From assembly GCA_963782525.1 (NCBI GenBank), contig CAWAKC010000009.1, positions 64,001 through 128,000 of the forward strand: a stretch of DNA of 64,000 nt, given 5' to 3'. Shown here piece by piece: positions 19,627 through 30,319 of the stretch. The stretch comes from Candidatus Bathyarchaeota archaeon. Lineage in GTDB: Archaea; Thermoproteota; Bathyarchaeia; Bathyarchaeales; Bathycorpusculaceae. Made by a program: the position numbers and the translations under genes. Position 1 is the first letter of the stretch. The number at the start of each line of letters is the position of its first letter. The notes under the pieces are model-generated. The model was given only the letters and a program-made list of their open reading frames with translations. It ran no database searches and was not told the DNA's origin.

Positions 19627-22344
19627 ATGCAAATGCAAATTACAAAAAACAAGACAAAAGCTATGACAATTACTGCGTTTCTGATGTTAACCTTGTCTAT
19701 ATCGATGATAGTTTTGCCAGCAACTAATGCGCACGACCCAATCTGGAAAGTTCGCACATGGTGCTACGTGTCTGTTTCGCCAGATGTCGTCGGCGTCGGC
19801 CAAAATGTGCTTATTGCCTTTTGGATTAACATGGTACCGCCAACAGCAAATGGCGCTTACGGCGACCGATGGAGTTTCAATGTGAACGTCGTAAAACCTG
19901 ATGGAAGCAACGAAACCTTGGGACCGATCACGTCCGATCCAGTGGGAGGAGCGTACACAATCTACGTGCCTACTCAAATCGGCAATTATACTGTTCAGGC
20001 CATATTTCCTGGAAAGACTATAGATAATACACCTAATGGCATTAATCCGGCACTGCCCACCTCAGGCGCTACTTACCTAAATGATATTTATTTATCCAGC
20101 TTGAGTGAACCGGTGACATTCGTCGCGCAAACGGAACAAATTCCAAAATATCAAGAGACTCCTCTTCCCACAAATTATTGGACTCGTCCGATATACGGTA
20201 CTAACCATGAATGGGGCTTGATTGCAGGACAATGGCTTGGCGGAGGCGACAAATCAATCTTAGGTCCAATAAACTACTACTCAACAGGTCCAACTACCTC
20301 TCACATAGATTGGGCAGTTCCATTTTGGTCCGGAGGAATAATGGGAGGCGGTGCAACCGTCAACTTTGGCAGCACAGGATACTACTCTGGTCAACAATAT
20401 GAAAACTATGGTGGGCCATCGATAGTCCTTGATGGAAAAATCTACTATACCGTTCAGGAACCCCCAAGAGAGGGCTATTACTGCTTAAGCTTATACACAG
20501 GAGAAACTTTGTACTTCCGCAACACTACTGGCGCTTCAACTGGAAACAGTGGCATAGGCGGTAGCTCAGGAAGTATTCCATACGGCGCACCAGCATTTGG
20601 TCAATTATATGACTATGAATCACCCAACCAGCATGGAGGCTTCCCGTACTTGTGGGTTACTAATACCGGTGTCACAGGCAAATGGGACATGCTCGACGGG
20701 CACACTGGAAACTACATCTGCAGCATAGCCAACGTGACGCAATCAGCTCGAACTCTTGCTGGAACCACGGTAAATACTGGAGCAACTGGTACATCCAGAA
20801 ACGACAACACTGGAAGCATATGCTATTACAATCTTGTCAATCTTGGAACCACTGCAACCCCTAACATGTACCTGCAAATTTGGAACACAAGCCAAACTAT
20901 CTGGTGGTACAATAACGCATCAGGAAGCAACGTCTATTGGGAATGGAGACCATACTTCAATGCCACGTTTGACGGAAATCACGGATTCTCATTGAACGCA
21001 TCAATACCGGCTGTGCAAGGCAGCATACGCCAAGTTGTTACGGATAAGTACATAATCGGTGGAACTACAGGAAACATAACAAACAACCCAGGTCAGAACA
21101 CTCCAGGCAACTTATGGGCTCTGAATCTAGACCCTACTAAGGGACCATTGGGATCACTGTTGTGGAACTTTACTTTTACACCGCCAGCAGGACTAGGTGA
21201 CAACGCTCACGGAGGAGGAGGATTTGGACATGACACCGCATTTGGAGGTTTATCCGCAGCAGATGGCATCTTCTGGTACACCAACAGCATGCTGAGGCAA
21301 ATCTACGTCTATAGTCTGGATGAAACTATGACCGGAAAACCACAAGGAACACTGCTGTGGACAAGCGATCCTCTCTCACAATGGGCTTTCTACGGCGTGG
21401 GCATCACTGTCTACAACGGCAGATTATACAACACAAATGGCTACACTGGAATACTAATCGCCTTCAACGCAACGACGGGACATATCGATTGGACGTGGTC
21501 CGCACCACCCGTGGGTGAGGGCGAGACTCCATACACTAACACACCACTCTACGTTGGTTCCATTGCTGACAACAAGATGTACATGTTTTCAAGCGAGCAC
21601 TCGGTGAATTCACCTATACGACGCGATGCAAGAATGTTTTGTGTAGACCTAACCAACGGAACGATGCTATGGGCAGTTACATGTTGGCCTAGCAATGATC
21701 CGATAAGCAGCACACCGGTCATTGCAGACGGCCGTCTATTGGTAGCTGACGTCCAAGACATGGAGATATACTGCTTTGCACCCGGATCAAGCAAAACCAC
21801 AGTCGCCGCCCCCCAGGCAGTTCCAGAACTAGGCTCTAGTGTGACAATTACAGGGACTGTAACCGATGACACTTCTACTGGCAGGCACAACGTGAATGGC
21901 GAATTAGACTTTTCACTCCAAGGCACTCCCGCAATCTCAGACGCTTCCATGGATGCATGGATGGAATACATGTACCATCAAAGACCAAAGCCTACAAACG
22001 CAACTGGAGTTCCAGTATCCCTAAACACTATTGATCCAAACGGCAACTACATACAGATAGGAAACGTCACAAGCGACTTAACAGGCGTTTACAGTGGCAA
22101 ATTCACTCCAGAAGTTTCAGGCACCTACCAAATTATCGCTACGTTCCAAGGTTCAAACTCCTACGGCAGTTCATTCGCACAAACATACATGACAATAGGG
22201 GAATCAACACCAACAGCCTCACCATACCCAGAAATCAATATTCCTTCGACAGAAATGTACATCATCGGAACGGGCATAGCAATAATTATAGCAGTCGCGA
22301 TAGTCGGCGCCTTAATACTGATAGCAGTTAGAAAAAGACCATAA
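19627..22344 (+). CDS. Secreted PQQ-like beta-propeller surface protein 3
   Basis: Close paralog of protein 2; RKRP tail. Confidence 0.85.
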   Translation: MQMQITKNKTKAMTITAFLMLTLSISMIVLPATNAHDPIWKVRTWCYVSVSPDVVGVGQNVLIAFWINMVPPTANGAYGDRWSFNVNVVKPDGSNETLGPITSDPVGGAYTIYVPTQIGNYTVQAIFPGKTIDNTPNGINPALPTSGATYLNDIYLSSLSEPVTFVAQTEQIPKYQETPLPTNYWTRPIYGTNHEWGLIAGQWLGGGDKSILGPINYYSTGPTTSHIDWAVPFWSGGIMGGGATVNFGSTGYYSGQQYENYGGPSIVLDGKIYYTVQEPPREGYYCLSLYTGETLYFRNTTGASTGNSGIGGSSGSIPYGAPAFGQLYDYESPNQHGGFPYLWVTNTGVTGKWDMLDGHTGNYICSIANVTQSARTLAGTTVNTGATGTSRNDNTGSICYYNLVNLGTTATPNMYLQIWNTSQTIWWYNNASGSNVYWEWRPYFNATFDGNHGFSLNASIPAVQGSIRQVVTDKYIIGGTTGNITNNPGQNTPGNLWALNLDPTKGPLGSLLWNFTFTPPAGLGDNAHGGGGFGHDTAFGGLSAADGIFWYTNSMLRQIYVYSLDETMTGKPQGTLLWTSDPLSQWAFYGVGITVYNGRLYNTNGYTGILIAFNATTGHIDWTWSAPPVGEGETPYTNTPLYVGSIADNKMYMFSSEHSVNSPIRRDARMFCVDLTNGTMLWAVTCWPSNDPISSTPVIADGRLLVADVQDMEIYCFAPGSSKTTVAAPQAVPELGSSVTITGTVTDDTSTGRHNVNGELDFSLQGTPAISDASMDAWMEYMYHQRPKPTNATGVPVSLNTIDPNGNYIQIGNVTSDLTGVYSGKFTPEVSGTYQIIATFQGSNSYGSSFAQTYMTIGESTPTASPYPEINIPSTEMYIIGTGIAIIIAVAIVGALILIAVRKRP

Positions 22345-22394
22345 AAAAATCATCAACAACTTCCTCTTTTTTTGTCCCACGAACTCAATCCAAT
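22314..22394 (+). repeat. 81-bp direct repeat, right copy (gene end plus oligo-T terminator)
   Basis: Matches 18362-18442. Confidence 0.95.
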
Positions 22395-22751
22395 CCTCTA
22401 AGTATAGTTTTGCTGAGAATTAGGTTGTGGAATCAAACTGGAACTTTTAGGGGGACAGTCGGAAAAAGTTTACGGATTTATGTAGAAAGAAAATACAACC
22501 AACAATATTAAAAAAAACTTTGCTAGCAAAAAGCCATTAGGCGATTTGCCGGCTCATCGCTACTGGTTTTTTCTTTCAAGGGCATTTTGGTCGAGATAGT
22601 ATTTTCAAAAAAATCTCGATAGTTCTTTTCTACCGAGAGATTAAATTAGTCCACAATTCCGAATTTATAAGTTTTTAATTATCTGGCAAAAATTGATTGA
22701 CGAATATTGGTGAGCAACATTTGAAAAGATTTAGTAAGGTAATGCAGTAGT

Positions 22752-23024
22752 TCAATTTGTGGTTTTTTTTATGATTGGTAGATCTTGGGTAATTTCGCGG
22801 AAGTATTTTAAAACAGTTAATCCCCGTTGAGTAGCTGAGAAAACGGTACTTTTTTTAATTGTTCGGTTTTCAATGAAGCCTTCTTTGATCAAAAAGTCAA
22901 GTTGTTTGTGGAGAATAGTGCAATTGAGGTTGGTTTTGTACATTAGATGTGTTAGCTTCGATGGTCCTGTGTGGGCTAATACTTTAAGGATGTCGACGTA
23001 GATTTCTATTCTTGATCGCTTCAT
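22752..23024 (-). CDS. Winged-helix regulator (HTH_45-like)
   Basis: MKRSRIEIYVDILKVL..LTHLMYKTNLN..TQRG. Confidence 0.88.
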   Translation of the reverse strand: MKRSRIEIYVDILKVLAHTGPSKLTHLMYKTNLNCTILHKQLDFLIKEGFIENRTIKKSTVFSATQRGLTVLKYFREITQDLPIIKKTTN

Positions 23025-23267
23025 CTGCGGAAATCTCTTGGCGAGTTAGCTATCGGTTTATTTATGTAAAATGATTGAGAATGTTAATAAGCTTTGCCAT
23101 TTTTCTATTGCTTGATTCAAACAATTTTACCTTTTGCCACCAAATTACACATTTAGCAAGCGTCAGGTATTTGTGACTGTATCGAGACTACAACAACATT
23201 TTATATTTCTTAAGAACTTACTAGGAAAGTTGAAATTCTTTAAGTTAGAGAATTACAAATTCAAGAG

Positions 23268-23600
23268 TTGAATGGCATGAAAAAAAGCATCCAAAAAATC
23301 AACCACCATTCTGACAAAGGATCTGAAGAAAAATATAGTGTTCACCAGATGCTAATGCCAACAGTAAAATGCCTTTGCGACTCAGAAATTTTAGTTGTGC
23401 CTGACTTGAAAGCTATGGACATAGCAATAACTAAGCATGTAACTGATCACAAGCAATCAAGAGATGACTCGAAAAGGTTGACTGATTTCTTAATAGAGCA
23501 GGTTCTAATAGCGGCAAGCAAAAATAGAAACTTGCAACAATATAAATTACAATTAAGCAAGGGCAAGCATTTTAACGAACATAGTTTTCTAACAAAATAA
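23268..23600 (+). CDS. Small putative Zn-binding protein (CxC...HxxxH), paralog
   Basis: CLCDSEILVVPDLKAMDIAITKHVTDH; start uncertain. Confidence 0.7.
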   Translation: MNGMKKSIQKINHHSDKGSEEKYSVHQMLMPTVKCLCDSEILVVPDLKAMDIAITKHVTDHKQSRDDSKRLTDFLIEQVLIAASKNRNLQQYKLQLSKGKHFNEHSFLTK

Positions 23601-23621
23601 GCTCGTTAAAGTAAGCATTTT

Positions 23622-24260
23622 TTATTGCAGTTTCTGAGCAAGAATTGCGTTCCAAGGCGATTCTGGCTTGGTGAATATTTGGACGCCCACAAATCCAACA
23701 GACTGCATAATTTTTTTAATCTCTTCCAAAGGAATAAGGCAAACATGCGTTTCCCCAATCAATTTTGCATTCTCAACCTCGAACACCCCATCTTGGACCA
23801 TTTCATTAACTAAAAGCAATTTTCCCCCAGGCTTTAGCACCCGTCTTATCTCCTCTAACGCATCGCCAAAACTGGGCCAAAAATAATAGGTTTCACAAGC
23901 TGTTACCAAATTAAAATAATCATCGGGAAAACTCATTTTCATAACTGACCCTTGAATTATCTGCACGCGGCTTCGATCAATCAGTATTTTGTTCATTTTT
24001 TTGGAGAAATCGACCATGTCAGCGGAATGGTCAATGCCGAAGACTTTTCCGTTGGGAACCAACTTGTCTAATTTGTCAATTGTTTTGCCACCTCCACAAC
24101 CTACATCCAAAACCACGTCATCAGATGCGATTTTTACCTTTGTTAATCCCCAAACCGTTAGGGGCTCATGTTCTTGGTTCATTTTTTTAGCCACTAATCT
24201 ACCTTGGCGACCTCTCGGGCATTGATATTGATCCATTAATCCCAAAAACACAACCTCCAT
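23622..24260 (-). CDS. Class I SAM-dependent methyltransferase
   Basis: VLDVGCGGG, GIDHS, RVLKPGG. Confidence 0.92.
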   Translation of the reverse strand: MEVVFLGLMDQYQCPRGRQGRLVAKKMNQEHEPLTVWGLTKVKIASDDVVLDVGCGGGKTIDKLDKLVPNGKVFGIDHSADMVDFSKKMNKILIDRSRVQIIQGSVMKMSFPDDYFNLVTACETYYFWPSFGDALEEIRRVLKPGGKLLLVNEMVQDGVFEVENAKLIGETHVCLIPLEEIKKIMQSVGFVGVQIFTKPESPWNAILAQKLQ

Positions 24261-24948
24261 TGCAAATTGTTTGCGAACTGAACTAATAAGTTATTGCACG
24301 CTCATTATTTGTTAAAGCAGAATAAGCTTCAAAACCTGATTTCTTCAGCATTCGACCAACATCTTACTTGTTGAGATATACAACAAAACACCATCGACAC
24401 AAAAATACAAACGCCAACATACCCCCACACTACACCCAGACAGCCCAAAATAGCATCCACGAAAACAGTGTGGAACAACCCATCTCCCCCACTCAAACCA
24501 CAAAAGAGAAACAACCCAAACCAAAAACCGAACAAACCCACAAGTGTAATGTGGCAGTTCTAGCTCTCCACACCCACACAAAGTAAACAAAAAGAAAATT
24601 GCAATCGCCAATGTTTAGCTGGTTCATAACAACAAGATGACCCGGTCAGGTATTGACTTTGCCTGTAAAAGGTTGAGGGGGAATCGGTTTTTAAGAGGTT
24701 TGTTGTTACCTTGCGAACCAACATCATTTTATATTATTTCAAAACGCAATGGACAATAGCCAACAAACTTGCTAAGTGGGTTTGGCAGCTAACGCTTGAT
24801 TGGGCGAACGCCCCTTCTTGCACCCTATCAGGTGTTGGCACACGGCTAAATCCACTTAACATCACTTTTCTACCCCATGGAATAGAAAGACTTTGTTTAG
24901 CTAAAATGCTTGGTGAAAAGCATAGCCGCAACAGATCAATGTCGAAAG

Positions 24949-25173
24949 TTAGACTTCACGCTTGAAGATAACTAAGTACTTTCTTTCTTTATCTTCCTCT
25001 ATGCTTAAGCCAAATCGTTTTGCGTACTCTTCTAGTCCTGACCTAAAATATTCACCCTTAATCTGTAGCTGATAATGATTAGGTTCTCTTTGCAGCATAT
25101 TGATGAAAGAAGGATCCACTAAATTGACAGCAACTAATTCCTTCAAGAGAGCCATTGCCTCAACCCGGTTCAC
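24949..25173 (-). CDS. Small hypothetical protein
   Basis: GTG after a ggggg RBS; MNRVEAMALLKEL...LVIFK. Confidence 0.55.
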   Translation of the reverse strand: MNRVEAMALLKELVAVNLVDPSFINMLQREPNHYQLQIKGEYFRSGLEEYAKRFGLSIEEDKERKYLVIFKREV

Positions 25174-25920
25174 AATAGTTCCCCCCCATTTAATTGGGAC
25201 GTACACAATATTCATAATTATCGCAATTATCACCAAACAATTATTAAAACCACGATATTCTGCAACCAAAAACCCCAAAGAATCAAAAACCAAGATCCAA
25301 TTTTTCAAGTTTAAGTCAAGCATACCCTTATCAGATGTTAGCGCATGGACAAATTCATTTAAAATAAAATTTCCACCCCATCAACAGGTTCAACATCCAT
25401 TTTCAGAGAAAATAAATTTACCCGATTGTTAACACAGAAAAATTCAATGCCAAAAAAATTAACAGACCCCAAGTAAGAAATAATTTAGACGCACATTAGT
25501 TTATTTTGAATCTTTCAATTATGTTTTGTTGGTTAAGGGCTGAGTAATATTGGCAGGGTTTTGCATTCTCCCCCCTTTCCTTTTGACCAGCCGTCTAAGA
25601 GCCAGCCCTTAGCCGCCCTCATGTTACATGGACAGAGAAATGGCATTTAAATATTGATTCTATGTTCATAGGACTTAAGTTGTTCCCTGGATCAGATATG
25701 ATTGATGTTAATGAAGAAGAAGCAGTCATTTTGCAACGATACAGTTGATTGGGTTGTCATGGAAGCCTTTACCAAAAACGAGTATGGATGCGCCACGAAA
25801 CTTCATAAGCACAAAAATAAGGCTTAACGCATTGAGTAAAGCTAACTTAAAAAAGTACTATGTACGTGTCAAGCATTATTTTCTATCTGTGTTCTCGGCA
25901 AACTTAAACTTGATTATCTA

Positions 25921-26085
25921 CTAGACACGTCTGAAAACGACAAGCCTGTTCTCAAAGGCAGTCACCATATCATCTAAAAGGGCATCTTGCAGCTCATCTG
26001 AAAGCCCTTTTGTATCTTCATGAAAAATGGAAGCCATTTTTGCTGTTAATTCTTTTCTGTTCTTTGTTTTCAACGATTGGGTCAA
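25921..26085 (-). CDS. 54-aa helical hypothetical protein (below ORF-track cutoff)
   Basis: MTQSLKTKNRKELTAKMASIFHEDTKGLSDELQDALLDDMVTAFENRLVVFRRV; gagga RBS. Confidence 0.5.
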   Translation of the reverse strand: MTQSLKTKNRKELTAKMASIFHEDTKGLSDELQDALLDDMVTAFENRLVVFRRV

Positions 26086-26534
26086 GATGCTTTCCTCAAA
26101 GGAATTAACTGGATTTTGTACCTTAACTATATTATGAAATCAGGATCAATATTCTTAATAAAAAATTGTCAATTGACTTTCAAACTTGACCTTGCAATAA
26201 TAATATGCGGCTCCCCTTACTACATTCATCAGGGAGTCTAACCAACAACCAGCTCCCCTCCTCTATGTAAAGATGGTCTTTTTGGTATTTGCTGTAGCTC
26301 TGTTGTACAGGTCCCTTACAACCAAAAAGTTAGTTAAAATAATGAATTTTAATAAATATTTTACATATCGACAAGTTCACGTGTTCGACAGGTGAGTTTC
26401 AATGAGGGTTTTGATATGCTTGCGTTATGTGCGAGGCTTTATCTGGCAGGTTAGCCTTAGTAAGACTAAAGAAATGTGTCTTAGGAAGACATATCGTATA
26501 TCTGTACAACACACCAACAGGAGAAAAATAAAAA

Positions 26535-26903
26535 ATGAACAATAACTACCAAAAAGAAGTCCAAACAAAACTCACAAAAGGACTCTTAGACATGATCATA
26601 CTTCAATACTTAGACCAAGAATCAATGCACGGATATGAAGTTATAACAAAAATCCGCAAAGCCTTCGGCGTATACTTCGGACCCAGCACCATCTACCCCC
26701 TACTAGGACAACTAGAGAAAAAAGGCTACGTAAAAAGCTCCTGGAACATGGACTCTGAAAGGCCCCGAAAAATGTACAATCTCACTAGCGAAGGAAAGAG
26801 TGTTTTGAACTACAGCGAAAACTCACTTAACTTCATTTGCAAAAATCTAGCACCAGAAAATAATAGCCACATCCAAGGTATCCACCTAATCGCAACGACT
26901 TAA
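26535..26903 (+). CDS. PadR-family regulator
   Basis: MHGYEVI..PSTIYPLLGQLEKKGYV..RPRKMYNLTSEGK. Confidence 0.93.
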   Translation: MNNNYQKEVQTKLTKGLLDMIILQYLDQESMHGYEVITKIRKAFGVYFGPSTIYPLLGQLEKKGYVKSSWNMDSERPRKMYNLTSEGKSVLNYSENSLNFICKNLAPENNSHIQGIHLIATT

Positions 26904-27169
26904 ACATATAACAGCAAAACTTCGCTCTTGCGGAATAGCCTCGAGCAGCCCCCAGTGCCTTTCTTCAATACTGAGTTTCTAAAAAAATGAAAAACCTAGC
27001 AATTTTTCACTAATTTCTTTTCGTCACAATCTTGCAAACTAACATCCAAAAAAAGCTGTAAGTAACTATTTTGATTTGCCTATGTAACCCTCTATTATAT
27101 TAACTCAGGTATAGCCTATTTGATGAGAAAACAATGTTTTAAAAATCGTCGAAAGATCTAGCATTGTGC

Positions 27170-27646
27170 CAGTATACGTGATTATTTGGTTTCCTTTAAG
27201 AGCTTCAGCTTGGAAAAGTTCTCAGATACCTTAATGCTGAAAGTCAACATTTTGGGCTTGCTTTGCCAGAACTTGAAAATGTCCCCATTGATTGTAACAA
27301 AGAGTCATGGAAAGCCCGCTTTGAGCAGTTAATTGTGAAGGACTCAAGGATTCCGCCCGCTTTGCCCCAGAGGACGATCCATCATTAGGCACCTTCGATA
27401 AATGGCCTGTTAAACCATCAATTTCTTTCTTAAGGACATTTATTTTTCGCCTACATTTTCCATTTTAACTTTTAATTCATCTGGGTATCCAATCTGTTCA
27501 GTAACTATTGCCAATGCATCAACGGATTTATCTAGAACTTGTTCATGTTCTTTTAAAATATTGATTATAAAATCTAAAGCCATAAACGGCTTATCTTTCG
27601 AACCAGAAGTCTCTACCATCTCTCTTCCCATTTCCAATCCAACCAC
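27170..27646 (-). pseudogene. Disrupted hypothetical protein
   Basis: ALDFIINILKEHE N-terminus; protein-like sequence (QWGHFQVLA, FQAEALKGNQII) continues beyond the stop at 27440. Confidence 0.45.
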
Positions 27647-27742
27647 CGTTTTTTAGTTCTTAAGACGTATTTCGACACTTGAAATACCTCACTTTGAAAA
27701 AGCATGATTATCTGAGCAGTCTATTAGCCGCAGACTATAAAC

Positions 27743-30319
27743 TCAGCCGAACACTTCATTTTTCTTGTATCTTCTCACTACAAACACAATTGAAGTGACT
27801 GCTACGGCAACTATGACAACTGCTACTCCGTAGATTACTTTTTGAGACAAAATTGACTGCGCATCTGCAGCTTCAGAAGACACGCCCGTAAACACGATTG
27901 ATACTTCATGATTGCTGAAATGAGTTGTGAACCAAACGTAGTAATTGTCGATGTCTTGAGAAAAGCCTTGATCCGAAGCAGGGACTCCATCAATGTAGAC
28001 CGTTGGTGTTGAACCAAAGGTTATCTCGCTTTTTGGTATTGTTAAGTTTCCTGAACCTACAGTTCCGCTCTCACCGGTGATGTTGAAAAGGATCGTAGTT
28101 GTAGATGCGGACTTGTTTCGGATGATTTTTGCGTTTGTTATCTGTTGACTAGTTATATTTCCACTCAACGATAGGCTAGTTGTGTCTCCGTTGTCAGCTG
28201 TCGCTTTAACCGTTGTTGTTGAAAGCGCCGCTGGAGTTGGTGTAAGGATTGGACTTGGAGTTGATGAAGGCGTTGAAGGGGAGTCAATTGCGAACACCGC
28301 CGAAATAGTAGTTGTCCCCTGAATATTTTCGACAGTATATGAACTGACAGCGCCAACAGAGTGCCCATTAACAAGAACGTCAACTATGTGGCACTCAGTT
28401 GACGGCGATATCGTAAAGGTTTGCTTGCCATTGAAACTTACATTGATAGTTCCCGGACTAATTGTGCCGTTGTCAGATTGGGTAACCAGAATTTTATAGG
28501 TATTAATTGCAAATAGGGCAGTTAATGAACTAGACGCGTTCACTGGGTTAAACTGGTAAGATTGGCCAGAAGCAGAGGTAACAGCAACCGTAGCATTACT
28601 TGCAGAAATATTCGCTATGTGATAACCTGTATTCGGTGTAATTGTGAATACAGGTGTATCACCATAGTTAACGAGACTTGTTTCAGGAGCGATCACTCCA
28701 TTGGCTGATTGAGTTACAGTTAGATTATACGTGTTAATCGCGAAGGTTGCATCGATAGTATGGGTTTTGGAGACGTTGTTGAAGGTATAAGTGGAGATAA
28801 CTCCTTGAGAAACATTATCAACTGTTACATCTAAAATGTGATAACCAGTGTTGACCGTTATATTGAAGCGTTGACTCCCGCCTAAGATAACAGATGAATT
28901 TCCGTTCGGAGTGATTGAACCATTAACTCCGGCACTTGAAGAAATTGTATAGTTATCAATAAGATAAGTGGCTAACGTTGCCTGTCCAGTAGTGTAACCG
29001 GATGCTTGGGCAGTAATTGACGTGTTACCAGGCATGTATGTCGAGGTCAAATTACCTGTAGCTTGTGTCTTCCCAAAGGGAATTGTAAGCAAAGAACTCA
29101 CTATCCCCACATTGGGCTGTGGAGAGTAGAGTTTAACGCTGACATCAGTTGTGGTTGCTTTTGCTGGACGACCTTGCACATCCTGCAATTGAACTTGAAT
29201 AGTTTGGTAGTTTTTACCATCAGAGGGCAAACCAGGCGGGATACAGTAAACGGTTAATTTAGAAGGAATAAAACCAAAAGTGCTTAGGGATTGGTTAGTT
29301 AACGGGAAATCGTTGGCCACTGCAGTTATATTCGCTAAGCCTGCCTTGAAAGTTGTATTAACCGTAGCTACTGAGAATGTCTGACCTTGTGGGATAATGA
29401 TTTGGTCTACTCTACATATGCTTGAATCGTTAGAAGCCAAATTAACCAATATGTCTGCTGATCGCTTTTCCGCGGCGTATCCCAAGGCGTTTTCTAATTG
29501 AACCGCAATTTGGCTATAGGAGCTATTGTCAGCAGGAATCTTGGGTGGCCCTACAAAAATTCTTAGTTTAGTAGCGATCGAAGCTATTGGAGTTGTTGTA
29601 ATTGTAAATTGATTGGGAGTATATCCCTGGGATATAGCTGTGATGTTAGCTGCCTCCATTTTTGCTTCGTTTTGCGCTTTAGTAGATGTTGTAAAATTTG
29701 CTATTGCATAAGTTTGACCTTCAAAAATCGTTACAACAGGCGTCACCGTCCCTACAGTTGTATCAGAGCACGACAATGAAACCTGAACGCCTCCTTGAGG
29801 GGCTCTGGCAGGACAACTACTTGAATCTTGAAGTTGAACCATTACTGCGGAATAAGTGTTGCCATCAGATGGGAGAGTTGAAGGGAACCCGAATACTGAT
29901 ACAGCGGAAGGTATTGGTCCAACAGTGGTTATAGACGTAATTACCGTCGAGTAACCAGTTGCCGAAGCCGATATTGTTGTGTTTCCCGGGTTGAAGGTGG
30001 AAGAAAAGGCTGCGACTGCAAAAGTATCTCCTTTAAGTATGGTGATCGAAGAATCTACGGTGCCAATATACATAAGAGACGAAGAAAGCCCGATTGCTAT
30101 ATCTTGCAGCGCTTTTACCGGTTTTCCGACACAATCTTGTAATTGAACATAAATACAATTATAAGTGCTATTATCCGCCAAAACATTTGGAGAGCTTGTG
30201 AAAACACCAAGTTTTGCATGGTTATCTATCGTTGCGCTAGAAACATTTTGGTTGTCTACAGAAAACGCTAACGAGAAAATAATAATAGTGAGTACTAGGG
30301 CGGTTATTTTTTTTAGCGT
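27743..30319 (-). CDS. Large Ig-like repeat surface protein with C-terminal TM; in-frame signal peptide starts at ACG
   Basis: Four VQL(Q/E)(D/N) invasin-like repeats; three NGxIxP..GYHIxDVxV repeats; frame open 46 codons upstream of the listed TTG. Confidence 0.8.
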   Translation of the reverse strand, partial: TLKKITALVLTIIIFSLAFSVDNQNVSSATIDNHAKLGVFTSSPNVLADNSTYNCIYVQLQDCVGKPVKALQDIAIGLSSSLMYIGTVDSSITILKGDTFAVAAFSSTFNPGNTTISASATGYSTVITSITTVGPIPSAVSVFGFPSTLPSDGNTYSAVMVQLQDSSSCPARAPQGGVQVSLSCSDTTVGTVTPVVTIFEGQTYAIANFTTSTKAQNEAKMEAANITAISQGYTPNQFTITTTPIASIATKLRIFVGPPKIPADNSSYSQIAVQLENALGYAAEKRSADILVNLASNDSSICRVDQIIIPQGQTFSVATVNTTFKAGLANITAVANDFPLTNQSLSTFGFIPSKLTVYCIPPGLPSDGKNYQTIQVQLQDVQGRPAKATTTDVSVKLYSPQPNVGIVSSLLTIPFGKTQATGNLTSTYMPGNTSITAQASGYTTGQATLATYLIDNYTISSSAGVNGSITPNGNSSVILGGSQRFNITVNTGYHILDVTVDNVSQGVISTYTFNNVSKTHTIDATFAINTYNLTVTQSANGVIAPETSLVNYGDTPVFTITPNTGYHIANISASNATVAVTSASGQSYQFNPVNASSSLTALFAINTYKILVTQSDNGTISPGTINVSFNGKQTFTISPSTECHIVDVLVNGHSVGAVSSYTVENIQGTTTISAVFAIDSPSTPSSTPSPILTPTPAALSTTTVKATADNGDTTSLSLSGNITSQQITNAKIIRNKSASTTTILFNITGESGTVGSGNLTIPKSEITFGSTPTVYIDGVPASDQGFSQDIDNYYVWFTTHFSNHEVSIVFTGVSSEAADAQSILSQKVIYGVAVVIVAVAVTSIVFVVRRYKKNEVFG

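Noticed and set aside
18362-22394. DGR-like template/variable repeat interpretation of the direct repeat
   Set aside because: No adenine-specific mismatches and no reverse transcriptase in the window
24329-24611. Three overlapping ORFs
   Set aside because: Products of low-complexity C/A-rich DNA
24825-24870. Possible C/D box sRNA on the minus strand (gtgatg...ctga)
   Set aside because: Imperfect C box, too short, no C'/D' pair
26455-26495. Short palindromes upstream of PadR
   Set aside because: 5-6 bp arms are expected by chance; operator role cannot be supported
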